Source of the DNA: Seison nebaliae
Taxonomy: Eukaryota
Direction of reading: 5' to 3'
DNA length: 20,000 nt
Assembly (NCBI GenBank): GCA_023231475.1
Contig: JALJEE010002620.1
Span: forward strand, 54,455 to 74,454
The notes beneath the pieces were generated by a model that had not been told where the DNA came from, did not search any database, and saw nothing but the letters and a program-made list of their open reading frames with translations. Of this stretch, positions 11,173 through 20,000 are shown one piece after another. Within the stretch, counting starts at the first letter, position 1. Every line of letters begins with the position of its first letter. Position numbers and translations under genes: made by a program.

Positions 11173-11880
11173 TTAATTAAATTGAAAGTGAAAACGACTT
11201 AGAGAGATTGGTAAAGAAGAAATTAGTTGTCCATATTGTTGAGAGTTGTCCATTAGTGAGAATAAGGGAATGGGCATAAATTTATAGTTTTTAGGCACAT
11301 ATAAAACGCCATGTGGCTTATCCATTTCCACTAGAATGACACGAGTATGTTCTTTGGGACGAGCAGAATGTGGAGGTAAATATGGATATTTTGGTGGATC
11401 GAAACTCGTTCTCCACCAATTTGCAATGGTTTCACACGGAACGAAATTCACCGATCCTTCACTACTACTTTTCGAATATATGTCATTCTCTTTACAATTA
11501 TAGAATTGTTCTTTCAAAATTCGAATCGTTCCGTCTTCCACTCCTTCTTCTGGTTTCAATTCGCCACCAGGTAATTTGTAGAATCGACCCGCTTGTAATA
11601 ACACGACGTGTGGCATTCCAAATTGATGAAGTAACAAAACAATGTCCACACTTCGTCTCATTCCAGTTTTCTCATATTCTTCAATTAAACGACGATATCG
11701 TGAATTGACATTCCGATTCGGATCCATACTCTGTTCCTTCTCTTTTATGATGTAATTGGAAACTTTGTAAAGTTGAACAATTCTTTCTGTTGGCAGCGAA
11801 TTTTCCAATATTGAATTTTGTACCGATTTCCTTTCTGGTACAACATATTCGCTTATGCACGGTTTGGGATTCGATACCAT
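11173..11880 (-). CDS. NUDT21: Cleavage factor Im 25 kDa subunit (CPSF5/CFIm25), intronless and divergent, 235 aa
   Basis: Family motifs GMRRSV, PHVVLLQ, FYKLPGGEL, NWWRTSFDPPKYPYLPPH, PKEH, VPKNYK, PLFSLMDN, YGQLISSLP and C-terminal LSRFHF. Confidence 0.93.
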   Translation of the reverse strand: MVSNPKPCISEYVVPERKSVQNSILENSLPTERIVQLYKVSNYIIKEKEQSMDPNRNVNSRYRRLIEEYEKTGMRRSVDIVLLLHQFGMPHVVLLQAGRFYKLPGGELKPEEGVEDGTIRILKEQFYNCKENDIYSKSSSEGSVNFVPCETIANWWRTSFDPPKYPYLPPHSARPKEHTRVILVEMDKPHGVLYVPKNYKFMPIPLFSLMDNSQQYGQLISSLPISLSRFHFQFN

Positions 11881-12351
11881 TTTCTACCAATAATAATGAA
11901 AATTTTAAGTAAATAAAGTTCTATTTTATTTAAGCTTGCATTTCAAATTGAAAAATTTTGAGATTTTGTTAAATTTTCAATATTCTCTTAAATTAACCCA
12001 AATGAGACAACCAATAAGACAGGAAGTAAAATTTCTTCTTTAATTTCCTTCCACAATTAATTCAACAAATTTCCAATATGTATTTAAACAAAATCTTGAT
12101 TTTAAATTCCGGTTGGAACGAAAAAAAACTATGAATATATTGTGGGTAAAATTAGATATGTTTCTCAATTAAATCATCAATTGATATAGAGAAGTTGAAG
12201 AGAAATTTATTTCGATGGATATATTATTTCGATTATTAGATAAATGTGATTATATGGAATGAAATAATTGTCGGATAATGATTAATTTGAATGTTATTAG
12301 TTTTGATTCGAAAAATTCATGATTGTTTGAAAATTTTATTTATCTGATAGA

Positions 12352-12468
12352 TCAATAATAGTCACCATTATCGTCATTTGAGCCATAATCTTCGTATTGG
12401 CCATTTGGTTTACCGCTGACTGCGGCAACCAATAAGCATATAAGACCGATGTAATTGGAGACTTTCAT
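12352..12468 (-). CDS. Small secreted Tyr/Asp-rich peptide precursor, copy A (38 aa: MKVSNYIGLICLLVAAVSG-KPNGQYEDYGSNDDNGDYY)
   Basis: Manual translation, ATG at 12468 to TGA at 12352. It has a 19-aa signal-peptide-like N terminus ending V-S-G, an A-rich start context, AATAAA (minus strand) at 12335-12340 and a paralog at 13842-13943. Confidence 0.8.
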   Translation of the reverse strand: MKVSNYIGLICLLVAAVSGKPNGQYEDYGSNDDNGDYY

Positions 12469-13841
12469 TTTTCTTTTAACGATTTTTTGGAATTGTTATG
12501 AAATATCTTGGAATTATTGCTAAGATCGCTGTTCATACTTATAATGAAATTATTCTTCTATTTTATATTAACGAAAATTGACAAGAACAATGAAAAAGTT
12601 TACGAGATTATGTAAGATAACATACATGTGCAATTCATCACATAAGCAGATACTTTACATTGTCTTACATATGTCCTCTCAACAATTGGACAGTCTTTAT
12701 TCGGGTATATTATTCAATAAATTGTTTATGTATTTTCAGAATAAAACTAACAAAGTTTGAACGTTGTTGTATATGATCAAAAAACAAAGAGTAAATATTA
12801 ATAAAACAAGAGGCGTTGCAGATATGTAATAGAATCTAAAATTTTCATTCAACGTTTTAAATCAAAAATTTACAAATGATTTAGGAATAAGCAACGGAAT
12901 AAACTAAAACTTCAGATTTGTTTTAAACATTAAACTGAAATCATCATCTGATTTAGATGAATTTCACATACCTAGGAATTTCAAGGGAATATTCATAGTC
13001 TGAATTTATCTATTTAAATCTCTTCCTTTATCTCTCGGTAAATTTGATTCAACAATTTTCAGAGAATATCCATTTTTCTTTTAAACTTTTCCAACTTTAA
13101 AATAGAACTCACAATCATTAAAAGAGAATAATAGAATAATAGAATAAAGAGTAGAAAACATGATTTTGCGAAAGATAATAAAAAATAGTTCGATAACGAA
13201 TATAACGATTACTCACAATTTTTCTGCCTTTTGGCTTAGAATAAACAAATTCATTTAAGTAACTATATTAAAATGCACAATTTTTCTCCAAATTAATTCT
13301 TTGTCAGTTAAAATGGAATAAATGAAAACTTTTTTGACGTGTTCGCTTTTTATTTGATGAGTTATTATTAAATTTCCCTAATCATAAATATGGATTGGTA
13401 CATTAATTGTCTGTAAATAACAATTAATACAAGTCGAATTGTTATTCTTTGCCTCGATGGAACATATAATCGAATTATACGTATGTTTCTCTGATATGGC
13501 AAGCTTTTCAATAGAACATTTATGTTCTGTCTCAGTAGTTTGCAACTCCAATCACTTGTCTTAATGGAAAGTTATTTAAGGAATTGTTCTGAACTATCAC
13601 TATAAGAAATTTGTTTCCCCGCTAAAATTCTTTTGCTATTAAGAATTCTTTCGAAGAATTTTATAATTCGGAAGAACTTCCAATTTTGATTCGCCAATAG
13701 TTTTTTTTTAAGTTTAACAAGTAAGATATTTATGTTGATTTAATAAATTAATTTATTGATCAAAATAAAATGATGATTATCATGAAGAACCCAGATAATG
13801 AATTAAAATTAAATGTTATTATTCATTTTCCATTTTCTTAA

Positions 13842-13943
13842 TTAATATCCATATTCGTCTCCATAATCTTCATATTCACCACGTTGACCATTTACGGCAA
13901 CCACGACCATGCAAATAGCAGCAATATAATAGAAGAAGTTCAT
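13842..13943 (-). CDS. Small secreted Tyr/Glu-rich peptide precursor, copy B (33 aa: MNFFYYIAAICMVVVAVNG-QRGEYEDYGDEYGY)
   Basis: Manual translation, ATG at 13943 to TAA at 13842. It has a 19-aa signal-peptide-like N terminus ending V-N-G, shares YEDYG with copy A, and has TATAAATA upstream and AATAAA (minus strand) at 13752-13757. Confidence 0.8.
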   Translation of the reverse strand: MNFFYYIAAICMVVVAVNGQRGEYEDYGDEYGY

Positions 13944-14041
13944 TCTTTTTGATTTGGTAGATAAAAGATTCAAATAATATTATTATGAGCTTTATGAGAT
14001 GAGCTTTAATATGATGATATTTTGTCGTAGATTCCCCCACT

Positions 14042-14049
14042 TATTTATA
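14042..14049 (-). promoter_or_regulatory. Putative TATA box of peptide gene B
   Basis: TATAAATA on the minus strand about 100 nt upstream of ATG 13943; the AT-rich background lowers specificity. Confidence 0.45.
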
Positions 14050-14599
14050 GAACTTTCCGACACTCATTAACAATGAGAGAACATGATAAAAATGACATTA
14101 TCTTGCAAATTTTGAATATTTTATGAATTTTAATGTTTGCAAAAAAATTTATGACATGTACGTACCAAAGGGAGGAACCGTATTAATGATCTAACGTAAT
14201 AATCATAAGTTTCTTTTCATGTTCCCAAATGACTAATAAAATTCTTAACTTTCTTTATTTCAAAATCTCCAAAATTTCCATTAGTAAATCTTAGGAAAAT
14301 TTATGATTTTTCTGAATAAAAGTTCTCTAAATTCAATTTTGATAACTTGTAATTTAATTAACTACTAATTTATCATAAAAACTTAATGAAAATAGTTGAA
14401 ATTATTATCTTCCAATAAATCTGTTCTCATGTGATTCTAAAATATAAGCGAAAATGGTAATTGAAGAATTTAGAATTCGTTTGTTAAATTGAGAAGTTAT
14501 AAAACTTTTGAGAGAATATGACCAAAAGAAAAAGAATGAAAATTTTTTGGCAAAAATTCTTGAAAAAGAGTGCGCTAACAAATTTCATCGAGTATTTAC

Positions 14600-14607
14600 T
14601 ATAAAAG
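14600..14607 (+). promoter_or_regulatory. Putative TATA box of the secreted polyprotein gene
   Basis: Consensus TATAAAAG starting 47 nt upstream of ATG 14647. Confidence 0.55.
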
Positions 14608-14646
14608 AAGCGCAATGTTTCCAACAGCTTATTAAAAAATTTCAAA

Positions 14647-16338
14647 ATGAGTGAGTCAAAACTTTTGATCTTTCCTATTTTTACTATTTCCGTAATAGGT
14701 TGGTACGTCTAACTTCATCATCTTCTCCATTAAATCTCCTTCCAGTAATTCTCGTGTTCAGTCAGGTAGGGACACACTTCAAGTATTTGAGTGTGAAGAA
14801 CTATTCGGACGAAAAATTGGAAGAATTTCGGACATACTATGTCCGAACTTACGGCAAATCGAAAGAATATTGCCGAATATTCGAAGAGGTGAAGGTGGAA
14901 AGTCGACGACGTGTCGCAAATGGATTGGAAAGTTGGGCGCCATTCTTATGGGCCAACATATTCGGTGAGGAGTCGATTGGTTCGAGATGCCAATCGATGA
15001 ATCTAAAATCGAAGGATTCATTGATGAATCGTACGACACTGTATTTTAGAAATAAATGGGATGATTTATCGAACGCTTTCCGAATAAAATATGCCACTTT
15101 TGTTAAATTTCAATCAAATAACCACGATCAATTTGACGGTGTTGTGCGCCGAGGCTTTTTCAGATGGAAAGAAAAGTTCCTTTTCCCATTTGAATTTAAT
15201 TGAAATTTAATTATTTTTAGACGGAATAAATTAATCGATGAACCCACACAAAAGATAGTTACAATAACTTCTACTCCATCTACAATCACCAATAGGGTTG
15301 TTGTGAAAAATTCACTGAACATATCGTTAATATCACTTCCATATTTCTCTCGAAAAGAAGATTCTCGTTTGGTTATTAACGCAACTGACATAAATCGAAA
15401 TACATCATATCTGAAGAATGGACTATCTATAGAACCAATTCATGATCATAGACGAATAAAGAAAGCGGCAACAAATAGTTGTTATGGACCTCATTGTTAT
15501 ATGTACGTAACGAATCCTTCGGTGGAAACGTTGAAATATATCATATTTGAATTTGTTCAACGACTAAACATCGAAATGAAAGTTATTCGAATAATATTTC
15601 AAATTTATCGCTAAATTTATCAAATTTCGCTTTAGGGAATTGACAAAAATTTAAAACATGCGAAGAATTTTATTAATCGAGAATTAGCGGCATATATGGC
15701 AGCTATTTCAGATACTCAACGTGTTATTATTCGTGGACAATTACTTGGTTAGAATTAGTTGTGATAGAATTGTGAAGTTTTAACATTTCATTCATTTCAG
15801 ATTTCATTCGAGTAAATTTACATCATTTGGCTTTGAAACATCTGGTAACAGATTGTGCGGCGTGTGCGAAGGTTGTAATGCAGAAAAGAAGTGTTGATGA
15901 ACGTTCGTATATTTTCCATTTTCAAATCATCTAAATTCGAAATTATCTATTTATTTCATTATACAGATGATAGTGTATCGAGTAAACAATTATTCAATAA
16001 AATTATGCGGAATTGTGACGATTGTGTTTCGAATAAAGTCGGTCAGAATGCTAATCAATTGATTAATAGAGGATTCTATCAATTCTCTCAAAAATCGAAC
16101 GGAGTTCCATTGAATAATTTCAATTTGCCATTCGCTCCAAATAATGCTCCATTGGTCAATAATCATATGGCGTTGTCGGATAACAAAATTGCTTCATTAT
16201 TGGATCCCCAAGGTGGTGGTGGTGGTCAACGTCAAATAACTCGAGCTGATAATTTTGGGCAATCTTTGGGAACCGAATTCTTCGACAGTCAAATGGATGC
16301 AGCAAAAAATTCCTATTCATTCAACCAACAATTACAGG

Positions 16339-16378
<40 letters not shown>

Positions 16379-19319
16379 GGAGCAGGAACAAGCCGAACAA
16401 CAGGATCAACAATCCGAACAAATGGAACAACAACAAGAACAGCAACAATTGAGCGATCAACAAACATTTAATGAACAGACGGTAGCGAAAACTCTAAGAC
16501 GAGAATCGTCAGTGGACAATTCTCCTGCGAAACGAGAAGCGACCGAAGAAGATCTAATCAATAATGGTGATACATCGTTAGCGGAGGAATTGAATGCTGC
16601 TGGAGATCCAGAATCATTGAACATTCAAGAATTTGGAGATAAGAGTGAGAAGAAGATTCGTCGTAAACGAATCGCTAAAGATGTTCGTGTCTTTGACATT
16701 AACGATCCTAAAAATAAGAAGGATATCGCCGTATTTTTACATTGGCTAGCTGATGTGGATAAACGAACAACTCATGAATATCATGATTTTGTAGCTACTG
16801 AAAAATTCTTAGCTCATTTACTCGCCTTCTCGAAATTGATGACTTTGCTTGAAAAGAATATGGAAAAATCGAATCCGGCAAAGGAGAATAAAACCATTTC
16901 TTCGATGGAAGTAAAAAAACCGAATTTGGTGGAACCCAATCAGACATTTCCAAATCAGAGTTTGAATTTAGCAACGGAATTACAAGTCGCTTTACCAGCC
17001 ACTGCAGCAATATTACGGTTAGTTTTCTCCTTATAATATTTTTCATTAAACGGATTTGAAAATAATTTTTGCGGAAAATTTCCTTTGATCGATCTTTGAT
17101 ATTTCTCATGTTTTTCTTATGCAAACTGATGAAATAATGGAAGAAATGATAAATTTTCATTTTTTTGTGATTTCATTTACATTTCTCATGAATTTTTTTA
17201 TTTTTTAGAAATAATTTATTTCAAATCGATTTCGCACCCCCAAATTCAGTGCCGAATAATAATGCTGTTATTAGTTATACGGGAAAAGTAAATTCACGGA
17301 AGAAAAGAAGTCCAAAACATGACATTGCATATGATGAATTTATACCATTCAAACAAGGGAAACTAAACAAATTGATGGACACATTAGATATTGATGGTTT
17401 GATTCCCAGTAATTCTGCGTCGAAAGTAGGTGAAATATTGAATCTTGTTGGGAAGTTGAATGAGAACAATATTCTAAGAAGGAAAATTACGGATATTCTC
17501 GTAGGGAAACCGAACAAGACAATCGAAACTTTAGATTATGGAAATGATGGAAGTGATATTTATGATTTCATCAATTTAGGTCGTCGCGTCGAAGGTCCCC
17601 TCCAATGGAACAGTTATATTGCCAATATACATACGAGACCGGAAACCATCCATCCTGAACGATACACATTTCAACCGACACTATTAGAAAGACGAACTGG
17701 ATTCATTAAAACGAAACGAAATCCATTCATAACTCGTTTGACAGATGATTGGGATCTGCCGGCAACTCCCGATTTCGATAAAGAAGATATGCCGAAAGAT
17801 TATCATTATTATATCGATAATACTCCGAACAGTATGAAATATTTCGATTCCATCTCTGCTGAAAACAAACATATGGTAAGCGATCCTCATACATATCACA
17901 GTGAATTCAATCCCATCAATAGAATCATTAGCGAAATAGCAAACGGTTTTGGAGTGTGGCAAGGTAATCGACGATATGTTACTTTTTATCTTTTCATCAT
18001 TGAAAATAATTCAAAATGAAAATTAATTTTCTGTTTCTAGAATGTATTCGATCTGCCTAACAGATATTTCTCGAATGGAATTGTTGACAACACATTAAGT
18101 TATCGTACACCGAAAGGAGTATGTTTGATTAAATATTTTTAAATTAAATTCTAATTCAAATTTAATTATCTTCTCTATTTTAGTATTCGATGATTTCCCA
18201 GATACTGTGAACGAACCTGAGGAATATACAATTGGAAATAGTGCCGATGGTGTCGATGGTGCCACTGGTTATTTCACAAAGATTGTCGCTCGATCTGTTC
18301 CTCATAGTTGTGGTAAGACTTTAAGATCTCACTCACATAATAATGTCAGTGGCTGTAGTAAACTACTTCATACTTTGTTCTCTAATTGTTATAGTAACAA
18401 TTCGAGTAGGTCAAGTTTGATCGATTGTATGACAAATAATTTTCGAAATTTCCTGGAGTCATTTAATGACACCCTCTTCGAAAACAATTCCCAACTTCAA
18501 AATAAGAATTCGAATTATACAGGAATTATTATTCGAGCTCGTAGTCGTCGTAGTGACGATGACACGGTCGAAGAGTTTGGCGAAAAACAAGCAGACGAAT
18601 CTCAAAATAAACAGAATCAAGCACAAACACAACAACAACAACAACAAATACAAGAAATTCAAGTACAACAACAACAGCAACAACAACAGCAACAGAATGT
18701 GAAAGATCAACAATTACAACAGCAACAACAACAACAACAGCAACAGAAAGAACAGGAACAAATGGAACAACAGCAACAACAAGAGTACCAACGACAACAA
18801 GAACAACAACATCAGTATATGCAACAACAAATGCAACAACAACAAATGAAATTTCAAAAACAAAATCTAGTTATGAATCGACAAGCTGATTATACTAATT
18901 ATTCTCCATATGTTGCAGCCCGAAGTGTACAGGATAACCAATTCATGCTTCGTCCTCAGAGATACCTGAATAATTTCCAAAGTAATAGTTTCAACTATCC
19001 TATGCCAATGGGCCAAGAAAGACATTTCATAGGTGATGGTCATCATCATATGGCGAATATGATGGGCCTCTCTTTCAGACAAGGCAAACGAGATAACAGT
19101 TATGCAGAAAGTATGTTCCCTCACGAGTCAATGCTCATGTCTCCCTATATGAACCAATACGGCTCTTTCGGTGGTAAATATATTCCAACTTTTCATCAGC
19201 CAGCTGATCGATTGAGCGCATTGAACTTGAATGACATGGCCGGTAATCCTTACACAAATTTTGCTCACCGTATGCAGAATAAGATACGAAATATCAAAAA
19301 CATATACGCCCAATTCTAA
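14647..19319 (+). CDS. Large secreted polyQ-rich precursor of unknown family, ~1364 aa; exons 14647-14698, 14746-15175, 15221-15581, 15636-15747, 15801-15902, 15967-17017, 17209-17977, 18041-18122, 18184-19319
   Basis: Eight GT-AG introns (45-191 nt) join five plus-strand ORF-track fragments and four small exons into one stop-free frame of 4095 nt. The spliced N terminus MSESKLLIFPIFTISVIVILVFSQVGT is signal-peptide-like. Many basic sites (QKRS, LRRE, AKRE, RRKR, RKKRS, KTKRN, RSRRS, GKRD) and two polyQ blocks; no domain recognised. Confidence 0.75.
16341..16379 (+). repeat. (CAA)12 CAG microsatellite encoding polyQ
   Basis: Perfect CAA run directly visible within exon 6 of the large gene. 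Confidence 0.95.
18630..18845 (+). repeat. Imperfect CAA/CAG polyQ block
   Basis: Several interrupted CAA runs in the last exon of the large gene. Confidence 0.9.
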
Positions 19320-19398
19320 CATACTTAAGCCAACAGACGCTTTAAAATTTCCAACATCTCGAAAATTTTTTATTATCCTTTCCCATTTTTCCACTTTG

Positions 19399-19532
19399 CC
19401 AATCTTTTTACCAACCTTTTTACCAATCTTTTTCCAAACCTCTTAACCAAGTTTTTTACCAACCTTTCTACCAAACATTTTTACACATTTTTCTCCTATC
19501 TTTTCACCAAACTTTTTGGTAAACTTTTTAAA
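19399..19532. repeat. Degenerate 12-bp minisatellite (consensus ~CCAAYCTTTTTA) downstream of the large gene's stop codon
   Basis: Units ccaatcttttta, ccaaccttttta, ccaatctttttc, caaacctcttaa, ccaagtttttta, ccaacctttcta and ccaaacattttt at 19399-19482; a more decayed 12-bp phase continues to ~19532. Confidence 0.75.
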
Positions 19533-20000
19533 AATTTCTTCTTATTATCCATTTCCCCAACCATAAGTTTCCTCCATCAATATCCTTCATATTTCCAATC
19601 GAAAATTCCTCTACCAAATTCAATATCAATCTATTTACATCTATAATTACCCTATGTCATTTTCCTGATCCCATTTCATCCTCCCTATATTTATACGATT
19701 CCTAATCTTTTTTTATCATCCATCAAATGTCCATCGTCAGTTTAGTTTTCTTATTTTTCTGTATTCACTATTTTTAATAAAAAATTTGAGAAAAAGCTTT
19801 AATTCCTACGCAGTTCTTACTTATGGCCAATCTGTTTAATTGATCATGATCATGAGTCAGGCCTACAATCGACTCATTAGAAGGATAGTCTGCTGTTTTC
19901 ACAGATGTAATCGTTCGCTACTTTTCGCTACCGTTGGTATACTTCCATTTCCGATTCTCTTTTGTCGTCGGGTGCTGTCTCTTTTCGACAGAATTTCCGA

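Noticed and set aside
12578..12780. 60-aa ORF and an HTCAIH (CxxH-like) motif in another frame
   Set aside because: Too short and unsupported to call a gene or a hAT transposase remnant.
13370..13700. Minus-strand frame of ~110 codons with one internal stop
   Set aside because: No recognisable homology, so it cannot be supported as a pseudogene.
12352..13943. Identifying the YEDYG peptides as sulfakinin/CCK orthologues
   Set aside because: They lack the HMRF/WMDF-amide C terminus, amidation Gly and dibasic processing sites.
16255..18713. Poly-N and poly-L ORFs (16255-16452, 18466-18702, 18459-18713) and other antisense ORFs over the large gene
   Set aside because: Alternative-frame readings of the CAA repeats or antisense shadows of the main CDS.
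19800..20000. More GC-rich terminal stretch with an open plus-strand frame from ATG 19846 and short minus-strand frames
   Set aside because: May be the edge of a neighbouring gene, but strand and frame cannot be decided within the window.
1..20000. CRISPR arrays, rRNA/tRNA genes, prokaryotic operons or an alternative genetic code
   Set aside because: None seen; all in-frame stops in conserved genes are explained by short GT-AG introns under the standard code.

Overview
AT-rich, gene-dense eukaryotic (metazoan-type) DNA with short introns; the species cannot be determined from this window. It contains the 3' part of a multi-EGF-repeat gene, a 208-bp Tc1/mariner-type MITE, an intronless WDR62/MAPKBP1-like gene, an 8-exon GALNT7-like gene, a divergent intronless NUDT21/CFIm25 gene on the minus strand, two paralogous minus-strand micro-ORFs (38 and 33 aa) missing from the ORF track, and a 9-exon ~1364-aa secreted polyQ-rich precursor with many basic cleavage sites. 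Two observations stand out. (1) All 16 introns I could place by frame restoration begin with GTT rather than GT[A/G], and in several cases a nearby textbook donor (GTAAGT, GTGAGT, GTATGT, GTAATC) breaks the frame, suggesting a shifted 5' splice-site code. (2) The two micro-ORFs form a family of secreted acidic Tyr-rich peptides sharing a YEDYG core (candidate sulfotyrosine peptides), head-to-head with the secreted polyprotein gene. All gene models are manual and have no transcript support; family assignments come from motifs recalled from memory, not from searches.
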